This document shows, piece after piece, positions 10,288 through 20,392 of a DNA stretch of 64,000 bases. The notes beneath the pieces were generated by a model. That model was not told the origin of the DNA. It did no database searches and saw only the letters and a list, made by a program, of their open reading frames with translations. Origin of the DNA: Patescibacteria group bacterium (GTDB taxonomy: Bacteria > Patescibacteriota > Patescibacteriia > JAXHNJ01); contig JBDRMK010000030.1 in assembly GCA_043812155.1 (NCBI GenBank), positions 8,407-72,406 of the forward strand. Direction: 5' to 3'. How positions within the stretch are numbered: position 1 is the first letter of the stretch; the number at the start of each line of letters is the position of its first letter. The position numbers and the translations under genes are program-made.

Positions 10288-13071
10288 ATGGCGCCAGAAA
10301 ATAAAATCAAGGAGATGAGCTTTATTTACTGCCCTGACTGCAAAGGCCAGAGTTTTTTCTTTGATGAAAATAAAAAATTTAAGCCCTGCCCCAAATGCCA
10401 GTCTTTGGGCCTGGCCGCCTATTTTCGCGGCCGTTATCTGGTCTGGCGCAAAAAAATTTCCGTCTTGCGAATTTTGGAAGAGAAAACGGAAAAAACGATC
10501 CGGGCGGTGATCAACGGCTTATTAATAATGATCGGTCTTTTGGGCCTGTTTTTAGGTTTCTGGCAATTCTACCAGCATTTCAGTCAGGGCTATCGTTTTT
10601 ATGATTTTTTGCTTTTGCGGAATACTTCGCTTTTATTTTTTTGGCTTTCTCTATTGGTTGATTTATATATTTTTTACCGCCTAGAAAAAGAAAGAGATTC
10701 TTTTCCTCATCTAGTCCGGGATTTTCCGGAAAAAACAGTACCGCCGCCGGAATCTTTGCGCTCTTTTAATGAGATATTGGAGAATAAAAGAATAACGGAA
10801 GAGGTTTCAAAATATTTAACCGGTGAATCAAATGAGGCGATAGAAAGAGGCTGGGAAATTGCCAAGCGTTTTAACCATGCCACCCTGGAGCCGATTCATA
10901 TTTTGGCGTCGGTGGTCGCGACCAAAGAAATAAAGATCATGATGGCGAGGTTAGCTTTAATGCCGAATAAATTGATCAGCCGGATCGCCGGTCTGTTAAA
11001 TAAACTCCCCAAACAAGAAGGCGGCGAGCCGATCCTCTCCGAGAACTTTAATCGGATGATTTATTTCGCCTATGAAGAAGCTTATTTGGGAAAAAGATCA
11101 GCTATCGGCGTGCCGGATCTGATCATTGCCTTAGCCCGCACCGGAACGGACGCGCAGGAAATTCTTTATGATCTGGGGATTGATTTTGATAAATTAAGAA
11201 ACGTGGTGGAGTGGCTGAATATCCAGGAGAAATTGATCCATCAATGGTCTTCTTTAAGGTCAAGAGCGATCCGCAAACCAAAAGGGGGGATAAACCGGGC
11301 CATGACGGCCATTGCCACGCCGGTCCTGGATCAGTTTTCCCGGGATCTGACTCTTTTGGCCCGGTCAGGCGCCCTGCCTCTTTGTGTCGGCCGGGAAAAA
11401 GAAATAGGGGAAGTATTCCGGGTCTTGGAATCGGGCAAGGCCAATCCATTATTAGTCGGTTTCCCGGGGACGGGCAAGACCAATATTATAGATGGGATCG
11501 CCAATCTCATGGCTTCCGAAGACGTGCCTGAAATTTTACAGGACAAGAGACTGGTTAGTTTGTCGGTGTCCGCCTTGGTTTCGGGCGCGGGCGCCATCGG
11601 CGAGCTTGAAGAAAGATTGTCCGCCATTATTGACGAGGTCATCCGTTCAGGCAATATCGTTTTATATTTTGATAATCTTCAAAATTTGGTCGGCGTGTCT
11701 TCGGGCGGGGGTAAAACCATGGATCTGTCGCAAGTGCTGGCCGAGGCTTTGCAAAAGGGATATTTTCTGGCCATCGCTTCTTCTGATCCCATATCATACG
11801 CCCAGTATATAGAACGAAGCGGCGGACTGGCCGGGGTTTTCCAGAAAGTGGAAATATTGGAGCCGGAAACAAATGAAGCGATCAGGATCCTGGAAAGCCA
11901 GGCCGGAGCGGTTGAATACCGACAAAAAGTATATTTTTCCTATGAGGCGATCGAGAAAGCGGTCACTTTATCCCAGCGTTATATTCATGACCGGTATCTG
12001 CCGGAAAAAGCGATCAGTCTTATGCAGGAAGTGGCGGTTTATGTGCGGAAAGCCCGAGGCCATGGCGCGGCTGTGACCGGCGAAGACGTGGCTCTGATCG
12101 TCTCCCAGCGGGCGAACGTCAAGGTGACCAAGATCACGGAAAAAGAAAGCGAAAAATTATTAAATCTGGAAAGCTACATCCACGAAAGAATCATCGGCCA
12201 GGAAGAAGCGGTCAAGGCGGTCGCCGGGGCTTTGAGGCGGGCGCGCGTTGACTTGCGGGATATCAATCGGCCGATCGCCAACCTCTTATTTGTCGGTCCC
12301 ACCGGCGTTGGCAAAACTGAATTAGCCAAGACCGTGGCCGAAGTTTATTTCGGCTCGGAAGAAAATATGATCCGGCTGGATATGTCGGAATACCAGGACC
12401 AGTCGTCTTTGAACCGCTTGCTTGGCGCGCCGCCGGGCTATGCCGGGGCGGGCGTCGGCGGATATCTGACGGAAAGCGTCCGGAACAATCCTTTTTCCCT
12501 GGTGCTTTTAGATGAATTGGAAAAAGCCCACCCAGATGTTTTAAATGTATTTTTACAGGTGATGGATGACGGCCGTTTAACGGATTCTTTGGGCCGGACC
12601 ATTGATTTCAGCAATGTGATATTGATCGCCACTTCCAACGCGGCCACGCCGCATATCCAAAGCCGGCTGAATGAAGGGATAAAATTGGACGTTATAAAGA
12701 AGGAGCTGATGGAAGAAATCCTTTTCCAGTTTTTCCGGCCGGAGTTCATCAACCGTTTTGATAATGTCATTCTTTTCAAGCCACTAACTTTAGAGGATAT
12801 TAAAAAAGTGGTAAAACTTCTTCTAAAGAAAGTGGAGAAAAGATTGAAAGAAAAAGGGATTGTTTTACAGGTTTCCGAGGAAATGATCCACGATTTGGCT
12901 AATTCAGGCTACGACCCTATCTACGGCGCGCGGCCTTTAAGAAGATTGATCCAGGAAACCGTGGATAACGCTTTAGCCAATTATTTACTCCAGGGGAAAT
13001 TAACCCGTAGAGACGTGGCGGTTTTGGAACCAGGCGGGACGATCAGAGTGGAAAAGGCGAGGGAGCTGTAA
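10288..13071 (+). CDS. Clp/Hsp100-family AAA+ ATPase (ClpC-like) with N-terminal zinc ribbon and membrane anchor
   Basis: CPDCxG...CPKCQ zinc ribbon, TM segment (LLIMIGLLGLFLGFW), Clp N-domain, D1 GFPGTGKTN, D2 Walker A GPTGVGKTELAKTVA and sensor regions. Confidence 0.8.
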   Translation: MAPENKIKEMSFIYCPDCKGQSFFFDENKKFKPCPKCQSLGLAAYFRGRYLVWRKKISVLRILEEKTEKTIRAVINGLLIMIGLLGLFLGFWQFYQHFSQGYRFYDFLLLRNTSLLFFWLSLLVDLYIFYRLEKERDSFPHLVRDFPEKTVPPPESLRSFNEILENKRITEEVSKYLTGESNEAIERGWEIAKRFNHATLEPIHILASVVATKEIKIMMARLALMPNKLISRIAGLLNKLPKQEGGEPILSENFNRMIYFAYEEAYLGKRSAIGVPDLIIALARTGTDAQEILYDLGIDFDKLRNVVEWLNIQEKLIHQWSSLRSRAIRKPKGGINRAMTAIATPVLDQFSRDLTLLARSGALPLCVGREKEIGEVFRVLESGKANPLLVGFPGTGKTNIIDGIANLMASEDVPEILQDKRLVSLSVSALVSGAGAIGELEERLSAIIDEVIRSGNIVLYFDNLQNLVGVSSGGGKTMDLSQVLAEALQKGYFLAIASSDPISYAQYIERSGGLAGVFQKVEILEPETNEAIRILESQAGAVEYRQKVYFSYEAIEKAVTLSQRYIHDRYLPEKAISLMQEVAVYVRKARGHGAAVTGEDVALIVSQRANVKVTKITEKESEKLLNLESYIHERIIGQEEAVKAVAGALRRARVDLRDINRPIANLLFVGPTGVGKTELAKTVAEVYFGSEENMIRLDMSEYQDQSSLNRLLGAPPGYAGAGVGGYLTESVRNNPFSLVLLDELEKAHPDVLNVFLQVMDDGRLTDSLGRTIDFSNVILIATSNAATPHIQSRLNEGIKLDVIKKELMEEILFQFFRPEFINRFDNVILFKPLTLEDIKKVVKLLLKKVEKRLKEKGIVLQVSEEMIHDLANSGYDPIYGARPLRRLIQETVDNALANYLLQGKLTRRDVAVLEPGGTIRVEKAREL

Positions 13072-13135
13072 GTTTTTGAGATATTAAGCGATTGAGATAT
13101 TGAGCGATTATTATATTTATTATTGATAAAGGCAT

Positions 13136-13495
13136 ATGAATAACGAAGACAAAAAACCAGCCGGGATATCCAGGGATAATCCGCCATTAACCTGGAGTAA
13201 TAAGGCAATATTAGGTTTTTCTACGAGTATTATTGTAATTTTTTGGTACATTTTTTCCATACTAAATGGTCAACGTAGCATAGGAAATCAAGTTATTATT
13301 ATTATTTTTGCCATTTTCTCTTTAGTAGTTAGTATATTAAGTGTCAAAGAAGTACGGAGATGTAAATATAAATTAAATATAATTTTAAGTTATATGGGTA
13401 TTCTAATAAATCTTGGTATGATATTATTTTTAGTATTGCCTTTAATGGTTTATTTTTTACTTTTCATCTTGTGTCGGGGCAAATGCAATAGTTAG
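13136..13495 (+). CDS. Hypothetical small membrane protein (AT-rich)
   Basis: Three hydrophobic segments; very AT-rich region. Confidence 0.35.
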   Translation: MNNEDKKPAGISRDNPPLTWSNKAILGFSTSIIVIFWYIFSILNGQRSIGNQVIIIIFAIFSLVVSILSVKEVRRCKYKLNIILSYMGILINLGMILFLVLPLMVYFLLFILCRGKCNS

Positions 13496-13732
13496 CAGGA
13501 CTTTAGATAAAATTTTGGTGAATAAGGCGAAAAAGTTGTAGACTGTTCTATCGCTTTGCTCGTTCTAAAAGTTGAAATTATACGACTTTAACGAGTTGAA
13601 AGGCGATAGAACGATTTGAACGATTAAAGCGTTAATAATTGACAGAAAAAATATAAAGCGTTAAGGTAAGCTATCGGAATAAGGGTAGCTTTTTTTGGTT
13701 GTTCATTACAAAAAAGAAAGGTTGGTGGAAAG

Positions 13733-14890
13733 ATGTATTCTGCCTTAACGAGCAAAAGGGATTATTTAGTCATCCTTTTCAACGGTGAAAAGGTAAACGG
13801 CCGCAAATTGCTGGGAGCGGACTTGATACAAATAATCAATTATAGGTGGGCCGGACAATTCGCCGTGCCGCGCTGGATTGAGCGTGAAGAAGAAGGCGCA
13901 AGAGAGCTTCGCTACCAGCTGGTGTCTAATCTCTATTTGGTTTTCCGCCAAGCGGTGGAGAAAATGGCCCGCTACGGGTTTATTTTTCTTCCCGGGGAAA
14001 AGGAAAAAATGGCGGGAATAGTCCAGGCCGCTAAGGCCTGCAATCTGGCGATTATCAGCCAGCCGGGCGAGAATCCCGAGGCTTACTCGCGAGTTTTGCT
14101 GGAAAAAAGAGCGGAGATTCTTTTGCTGCTGGGCCGGGCGAAAAATCCGGTCAAGCTTGAGGCTTTAATCAAAGCCGGAGAATTAGGCACTATTTTTGAC
14201 AGCCAGGACCGGGTTAATTTGCCGGCAAAAAGAAGCCTTGCCTTGGCCATCGGGAACCGGGCAACAGAGAGGCAGAGGCAGATTGATTTTATCGTGGCTA
14301 AGATTGTCCCGCAATTATGGGCCGCCGGGACCGCTCTTGATTGGGCGGAAAGCAGCCTGGAGTCGGCCATGGCGGCGATAAAAGATCTCGGCTGGTATTT
14401 GCGCAACCACCCAAAACTTACCCGTCAGGAAAAAGAATGGGTGGTGACCCGGCTGGTCCAGGAGACCAAGGCTTTGGGGCAGGTTAACTTTCAGCCTTTC
14501 TACGTCAATTTCCGGCTGAGCGGGGCGGAAATTGAGCAAGCCTGCCGTTGTCTCCGCGAAGGCGACAACAAAAAAGCTCTTGATTATCTGCGCCGCGTTT
14601 ACTTTTCTCTGCGATACAAAAAAGTCCAGAGTGAAGTAGAGGATATCATTCTTCGAATGAGTCTTATGCTATTAAGCAAAAAGAAATTAAGTGGTGAGAG
14701 TTTGGCGGAAAGCATAAGCAAGATCCGGGACAAAGTGGCCAAGATCAATGAGGCGGGTTTTAGCCGAAGAGTGAAAAATAAAGTCCTGCCGGAATTTACC
14801 GCGGCCATTGAGGCTTTAGAGAAAGGAGAGATTAATATTGCTAAAGAAGCTCTTAAGGCTGCTTCCGAGGCAATGACCTGGTATTTATAA
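13733..14890 (+). CDS. Hypothetical protein (385 aa), GC-richer than flanks
   Basis: Long ORF with consistent codon usage; no recognisable motif. Confidence 0.55.
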   Translation: MYSALTSKRDYLVILFNGEKVNGRKLLGADLIQIINYRWAGQFAVPRWIEREEEGARELRYQLVSNLYLVFRQAVEKMARYGFIFLPGEKEKMAGIVQAAKACNLAIISQPGENPEAYSRVLLEKRAEILLLLGRAKNPVKLEALIKAGELGTIFDSQDRVNLPAKRSLALAIGNRATERQRQIDFIVAKIVPQLWAAGTALDWAESSLESAMAAIKDLGWYLRNHPKLTRQEKEWVVTRLVQETKALGQVNFQPFYVNFRLSGAEIEQACRCLREGDNKKALDYLRRVYFSLRYKKVQSEVEDIILRMSLMLLSKKKLSGESLAESISKIRDKVAKINEAGFSRRVKNKVLPEFTAAIEALEKGEINIAKEALKAASEAMTWYL

Positions 14891-14910
14891 TTCATCCGTA
14901 CATTTTGACA

Positions 14911-14940
14911 AGCGTTCCTCCAGCGGGAACGCTTTTTTTT
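14911..14940 (+). terminator. Rho-independent terminator
   Basis: AGCGTTCC..GGAACGCT stem followed by TTTTTTTT. Confidence 0.7.
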
Positions 14941-15307
14941 ATTACCTTTGTCAATGGGTTTGACTTTTTTCCATAATCCGCTACTTTGATTACAGGAGGC
15001 GCCTCACCAGACAAGACAACAGGTCAGTAGGGAGTGATGAATAATGGCGCGAAAATGGAAGTTGTTTCGCCAACATGAGGCCAGGAGCCAATGGGAGGCG
15101 GAGAGGACGGAGTACATTCTAAAAAGGAAGCAGCGGGAGAAAAATGCTCAAGTTGAGGAATATGATTTGGCGCCGATTAGAGCTGCCATATTCGCCGTTT
15201 TCCTTTTCCGGCAGAAACAGGGTAGGAAATGAGCCATTAAGCGGACATACGCTTGATGGCTTTTTCTTGCTTAAAAGCTAAATTTTTACTATAATTAAGT
15301 TAAATTT

Positions 15308-16645
15308 ATGGCTAATCAGAAACAATCTATTATGGATAAATTAACTTCTCTCTGCAAAAGAAGGGGTTTTATTTTTCCTTCGTCAGAGAAATACGGCGGC
15401 CTGCAGGGTTTTTGGGACTGGGGCCCTTTGGGCGTGGAATTAAAGAATAACATTAAGAAGGCTTGGTGGAAGCGTTTTGTCCAAAGCCGGAAAGACATGG
15501 TCGGTTTGGACGCGGCCATCATCACTAATCCTAAGGTTTGGGAAATAAGCGGGCATGTGGCCGGATTTGCCGATTTATTAGTTGAATGTAAAAGATGTCA
15601 TAAAAGATTTAAGGATGAAGCGCAAAAAGCCTGTCCGGAATGCAGCGGTGATTTAACAGAAGCAAGAAAATTTAACACTATGTTTAAGACTTTTGTCGGC
15701 CCGGTGGAAGATACTAATTCGACTGCCTATCTTCGCCCGGAAACCGCCCAGAATATTTTTGTGAATTTTGAGAACATTTTAACTTCTTCCCGTGTAAAAA
15801 TTCCTTTCGGCATCGCCCAGATTGGCAAATCATTCAGAAACGAAATCACACCGGGAAATTTTATTTTCCGTTCCCGCGAATTTGAACAGATGGAAATTGA
15901 GTTTTTTGTCAATCCCAAAGAAGACGAAAAATGGTACAAATACTGGATTGAGGAATCCGAAAAATGGTTTCTGGATCTGGGGATCAAAAAAGAAAATTTA
16001 AAAAGAAGGCCGCAGGCAAAAGATGAGCTGGCCCATTACGCCAAAGCGACCACGGACCTGGAATATAATTGGCCGTTCTCCGCCCATGGCGGATCCGCCT
16101 CGGGCGGAGATAAAGGCTTTAGCGAACTTATCGGCATTGCCAATCGCACGGATTATGATTTGAAAGCCCACGGATTTAAATACAAGGATGAAAAAGGCGA
16201 ATTTATTCCTTATGTGATTGAACCTTCATTCGGCGTGGAAAGGCCGGCTTTGGCTTTTCTTCTGGACGCTTATGAAGAAATCAAAGGCGGCCGGACCACC
16301 ACGACGGAAAGTACCAAAGAAGAAGAAGTGGTTTTGCGCCTGCACAAAGACTTAGCTCCGATCAAAGTGGCGGTTCTGCCTTTATCCAAGAAAGAGCCGG
16401 TAGCCAAAGTGGCGAACGATATTTATGACACTTTACGGCCGCGTTTCATGACCGCTTATGACGAAGTCGCTTCCATTGGCCGCCGCTATCGCCGTCAGGA
16501 TGAGATCGGCACGCCGTATTGCGTGACCATTGATTTTGATTCCTTGGAAGACAAGAAGGTTACGGTTAGAGACAGAGATACGATGAAACAGGAGAGGATC
16601 GCTATTAATGATTTAGTGGCTTATTTACAGGGGAAGTTTGAATAA
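15308..16645 (+). CDS. glyQS: Glycyl-tRNA synthetase (dimeric archaeal/eukaryotic-type class II)
   Basis: N-terminal RRGFIFPSSEKYGGLQGFWDWGPLGVELKNN, class II motifs, C-terminal anticodon-binding domain. Confidence 0.9.
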   Translation: MANQKQSIMDKLTSLCKRRGFIFPSSEKYGGLQGFWDWGPLGVELKNNIKKAWWKRFVQSRKDMVGLDAAIITNPKVWEISGHVAGFADLLVECKRCHKRFKDEAQKACPECSGDLTEARKFNTMFKTFVGPVEDTNSTAYLRPETAQNIFVNFENILTSSRVKIPFGIAQIGKSFRNEITPGNFIFRSREFEQMEIEFFVNPKEDEKWYKYWIEESEKWFLDLGIKKENLKRRPQAKDELAHYAKATTDLEYNWPFSAHGGSASGGDKGFSELIGIANRTDYDLKAHGFKYKDEKGEFIPYVIEPSFGVERPALAFLLDAYEEIKGGRTTTTESTKEEEVVLRLHKDLAPIKVAVLPLSKKEPVAKVANDIYDTLRPRFMTAYDEVASIGRRYRRQDEIGTPYCVTIDFDSLEDKKVTVRDRDTMKQERIAINDLVAYLQGKFE

Positions 16646-16715
16646 ATTCAAAGCACAAAGCACAAAATCCAAAACAAATTCAAAATTTAAAGCATAAAAT
16701 TCAAAACCGACCACT

Positions 16716-17993
16716 TTGTATAAACTCTTAACCCTAAAAAATCAAGCCAAGCTGATATTGGCGTCGAGGCATGAGACTAAAGCTGTCACGGTTTTGGTTC
16801 TTTTTAAGGTCGGCTCCAGAAATGAGAGCCAGAAATTAAACGGCCTTTCCCATTTTCTGGAGCATATGCTTTTTAAGGGGACGAAGAGAAGACCGAATAC
16901 ACTGGCCATATCCCGCGCTTTGGACCAAGTGGGAGCGGATTACAACGCTTTTACCACCAAAGACCACACCGGTTTTTACATCAAGGTCTATCACAAAAAG
17001 ATCGAGCTGGCGATCGACATGCTTTCGGACATTCTTTTCCATTCCAAATTTTCTCCGGAAGAAATGAAAAAAGAAAAAGGAGTGATCATTGAAGAGATAA
17101 ACATGTATGAAGACAATCCTCTTCTATACATTGAAGATCTGATGGAAAGGACGCTTTTCGGCTCCGGCTCATTGGGCCGGCTTATCATCGGGCCGAGAGA
17201 AAACATCCGCGGTTTTTCCCGGGGCAGTTTGGTCAAATACCACCAGACATTTTACCAGCCAAAAAATATGCTGCTGGCGGTCGCCGGGCAGTACGAAGAA
17301 CCCCGCGTCTTGGAATTGATCAATAAATATTTCATCGGAAATAATGCCAAGGCAAGAATTCCGAAAATCAGCAAATTTAAAATCAGACAAAGAAAACCGC
17401 AGGTGACCCTGAAGTACCAAAAAACTGAGCAGGTCCAATTGGGCCTCGGGTTTCCCGCTTTTTCCTATTTTGACAAAAATCTATACTCTTTATATTTATT
17501 ATCAGTTATCTTGGGCGGCTCCATGAGCTCCCGTCTTTTCATTGAAGTGAGGGAGAAAAGAGGCTTGTGCTATTATATAAAAACCATGCCTAATGTTTAC
17601 GAGGACACAGGTCTTTTATATATTCAGGCCGGTTTGGATAAGACCAGAATTTTTGAGGCTTTGGGCGTGCTCTGGCAGGAGCTGGTAAAAATCAGAAAAC
17701 AAGGGGTGACGCCGGCGGAATTGAAACGAGCCAAGGATTTTATAAAAGGCAAGCTCGTTTTGGAACTGGAAGAGTCAAGCGAGATCGCGGCCTTCTTGGC
17801 CAAACAACAGCTAATGACGGGCAAGATTGAAAAGCCGGAAGAGAAATTTAAAAAGATAGACACGGTCACTTTAGGGTCAATTAAAAAAGCGGCCCACCTG
17901 GTCATTCAAAAGAAATTGATCAATTTAGTGGTCATCGGGCCCTTTACCCGGAAAAACGAGTTCCGCCGCTTTATTGACCAAAATCTAAAATAA
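16716..17993 (+). CDS. M16-family zinc peptidase (pitrilysin/insulinase-like)
   Basis: Inverted zinc motif HFLEHMLFKGT (HxxEH), downstream E residues; ~425 aa two-domain architecture. Confidence 0.8.
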   Translation: MYKLLTLKNQAKLILASRHETKAVTVLVLFKVGSRNESQKLNGLSHFLEHMLFKGTKRRPNTLAISRALDQVGADYNAFTTKDHTGFYIKVYHKKIELAIDMLSDILFHSKFSPEEMKKEKGVIIEEINMYEDNPLLYIEDLMERTLFGSGSLGRLIIGPRENIRGFSRGSLVKYHQTFYQPKNMLLAVAGQYEEPRVLELINKYFIGNNAKARIPKISKFKIRQRKPQVTLKYQKTEQVQLGLGFPAFSYFDKNLYSLYLLSVILGGSMSSRLFIEVREKRGLCYYIKTMPNVYEDTGLLYIQAGLDKTRIFEALGVLWQELVKIRKQGVTPAELKRAKDFIKGKLVLELEESSEIAAFLAKQQLMTGKIEKPEEKFKKIDTVTLGSIKKAAHLVIQKKLINLVVIGPFTRKNEFRRFIDQNLK

Positions 17994-18008
17994 TTTTATA
18001 ATATAGGT

Positions 18009-19064
18009 ATGAACGAACGGACCCAAACAGTGAATTTTTCCATGACAAGCTTCTTAAAGCTTATTTTTGTGGTGATCGCCATCTTATTTCTTTATTACGT
18101 CAGAGACGTGATCGTCATGATTTTTGTTTCCGCGGTTTTCGCCTCGGCTTTGGCTCCTTGGGTAGACAAGTTCCACAAAAGGAATGTTCCCAGAATTGTC
18201 AGCATTATTGTTATTTACGTCGTTATCTTGGGACTTATCAGTTTGGCCATCGCTTTGATCATTCCGGCCATTTCCGGCCAGTTAAAGCAATTCGCTTCAA
18301 ATTTTCCCGATCTTTATCAAAAAGTGAGGGCCAGCTTACCGGGTGAATCAGGCCAAAGCAGCGAATTGATCAAGACGATCCAGGACAGTTTGCAAAGCAT
18401 TGTTTCTACTTTAGGTGATATTACTTCCAGTATTTTTGCCGGGCTGGCCGGCATCTTCGGCGGTTTATTTTCATTGGTCGGGATACTGGTTCTGACTTTT
18501 TACATCACTTTGATTGAAGACGGTTTTCGAAAGTTCGCTTCGGCCTTATCCCCGGCGAAATACCAGCCTTATATTATTCAGCTCACGACCCGCATTCAAA
18601 CCCGCCTGGGCTACTGGATCAAGGGCCAACTGATTTTGAGCGTGGTTATAGGCGTCGCCTGTTTTATCGGCTTAGTTATTTTACAAATTCCTTATCCGAT
18701 GGTTTTGGGTCTTATCGCCGGGATCACTGAATTCATCCCTATTGCCGGTCCGATCATCGGGGCGATACCGGCGGTTTTGATTGCCCTGACGGTTTCCCCC
18801 TGGAAAGCCATCTTTGTCGTCATCCTTTATCTTTTAATACAGCAGCTTGAAAATAACCTGCTGGTGCCGAAAGTGATGCAGAAGGTGACGGGGCTGAATC
18901 CGATTGTCGTGGTGATTGTCATGCTCTTGGGCGCGAAACTGATCGGCATTTTAGGGATCATCCTGGCCATTCCCGTGACCATCATCGGCGACGAGTTTCT
19001 GAAGGATTTCTTTAAGGAAAGAAGGGAGAAAGAGGACAGGATCGAAGGCGAAGAAATCAGCTGA
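18009..19064 (+). CDS. AI-2E family transporter (PerM-like)
   Basis: Polytopic membrane protein; conserved LLVPKVMQKVTGLNPIVVVIVML region typical of AI-2E/UPF0118. Confidence 0.75.
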   Translation: MNERTQTVNFSMTSFLKLIFVVIAILFLYYVRDVIVMIFVSAVFASALAPWVDKFHKRNVPRIVSIIVIYVVILGLISLAIALIIPAISGQLKQFASNFPDLYQKVRASLPGESGQSSELIKTIQDSLQSIVSTLGDITSSIFAGLAGIFGGLFSLVGILVLTFYITLIEDGFRKFASALSPAKYQPYIIQLTTRIQTRLGYWIKGQLILSVVIGVACFIGLVILQIPYPMVLGLIAGITEFIPIAGPIIGAIPAVLIALTVSPWKAIFVVILYLLIQQLENNLLVPKVMQKVTGLNPIVVVIVMLLGAKLIGILGIILAIPVTIIGDEFLKDFFKERREKEDRIEGEEIS

Positions 19065-19097
19065 TCACCGGAAAAATAGGCGCGTGTTTATTCAATA

Positions 19098-19130
19098 AAA
19101 CCCTGACTTTTCTTTTCAGGGTTTAATATT
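19098..19130 (+). terminator. Putative terminator after AI-2E gene
   Basis: AAACCCTGA-N9-TCAGGGTTT hairpin followed by weak T-rich tail. Confidence 0.5.
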
Positions 19131-19139
19131 TATCATAAA

Positions 19140-19823
19140 ATGTCCCAACTATATATCGTGGCCACCCCGATCGGCCATTTAAAAGACATGACTTTTAGGG
19201 GAATAGAAGTGCTTACGGAGGTTGATTTTATCATCTGCGAGGATAAGAGGGAAACGGTAAAACTTTTAAATCATTATGAAATAAGAAAAACCCTGGTCAG
19301 TTATCATGAACATTCAAAGATCCAGAGAGTGGATGAGATTATAGACATGCTAAAGATGGGAAAATCAGCGGCTCTTGTTTCTTGCGCTGGGACGCCAGGA
19401 ATTAGCGATCCCGGCGGCCGCCTGATCAGTGAAGTGCTGGCGGTTTTAGGCGATAAGGTGAAGATCATCCCGATCCCGGGCCCTTGCGCTTTGGCGGCCG
19501 CCGCCTCAGTCTCCGGCCTGCCGTGCGACCGATTCACTTTTTTAGGCTTCCTGCCTCATAAAAAGGGGAGAGAAACCTTGTTCAAGCAAATCTCGGAAAA
19601 CAAGGAAACGACGATTTTCTACGAATCGCCTCATCGTATCATAAAAACCCTGAACAGTTTATCGGGTGTATTAGATGAAAAAAGGAAAGTGGTCATTGGC
19701 CGAGAGCTAACCAAGATGTTTGAGGAAATAATTCGGGGAAATATTAACGATATAAAAAGTTACTTTGAAAATAATCCGGATAAGGTAAGAGGGGAATTTG
19801 TGGTCTTAGTGTCTGGAAAATAA
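19140..19823 (+). CDS. rsmI: 16S rRNA (cytidine1402-2'-O)-methyltransferase RsmI
   Basis: LYIVATPIGHLKDMTFRGIEVLTEVDFIICEDKR tetrapyrrole-methylase fold signature. Confidence 0.85.
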   Translation: MSQLYIVATPIGHLKDMTFRGIEVLTEVDFIICEDKRETVKLLNHYEIRKTLVSYHEHSKIQRVDEIIDMLKMGKSAALVSCAGTPGISDPGGRLISEVLAVLGDKVKIIPIPGPCALAAAASVSGLPCDRFTFLGFLPHKKGRETLFKQISENKETTIFYESPHRIIKTLNSLSGVLDEKRKVVIGRELTKMFEEIIRGNINDIKSYFENNPDKVRGEFVVLVSGK

Positions 19824-19881
19824 AAAAGAGGGACCTAAAGGTCAGGTCCCCCCGGCTTCGTCCAACACTCCCCTGTTGGTG

Positions 19882-20292
19882 TTAGGCGAAGAAATGTCTT
19901 GACCCCTTGCGTTTTAAGGACAACTCCTTTCTTTTTCTCGAAGTCTTACGGAGACTTTCAAGAATCAGGTGCTCGATTTCCTCCAACTCATGGCAGATCT
20001 GCGCTTGGAAAGGTATGGTCACAGTCAGGGTAAAGAGGGGTGAAAAAAAAGGGCAATGATTTGAAAGGCTGATGATTTCGCCTCTCACTAAACGGAGCAG
20101 AAACTGCTGTGATTCTTGCGGGAGATTGAGGATCACCTCCGGTCTACCCGTAAGTAAGGCGTCTAGAGCGTCACAGCAGTGACCTTGAGCTATAGGTTTT
20201 GACAGGTACTGAGGAAGCGCTTGTTTGATGTTTCCCAACAGTTGTGCCGCTAGGCTTCCCAGTATGAATTCCGGAGAATCCATATCTGGCAT
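19882..20292 (-). CDS. Hypothetical protein (136 aa), GC-rich
   Basis: AGGAGG RBS 5 nt upstream of ATG on minus strand; no recognisable motif. Confidence 0.5.
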   Translation of the reverse strand: MPDMDSPEFILGSLAAQLLGNIKQALPQYLSKPIAQGHCCDALDALLTGRPEVILNLPQESQQFLLRLVRGEIISLSNHCPFFSPLFTLTVTIPFQAQICHELEEIEHLILESLRKTSRKRKELSLKRKGSRHFFA

Positions 20293-20392
20293 ACTACCTC
20301 CTGATAATTAGAGAAGTTAAAGCTGGTAACAGAAAGTGTTATTAATAAAAGCTGAACGAATTATAATATCACATTATCATAAATTTGTCAAT

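Noticed and set aside
16646-16715. CAAA/AAAT low-complexity run (caaagcacaaagcacaaaatccaaaacaaattcaaaa)
   Set aside because: It is a simple-sequence spacer with no hairpins or repeat unit shared with the other families.
19830-20300. GC-rich segment considered as RNase P RNA, SRP RNA or tmRNA
   Set aside because: It contains GGTCAGGTCC, reminiscent of SRP RNA, but lacks the GGAA tetraloop/AGCAGC helix-8 partner, the RNase P P4 consensus and tmRNA ends. A minus-strand ORF with a strong AGGAGG RBS explains the region better.
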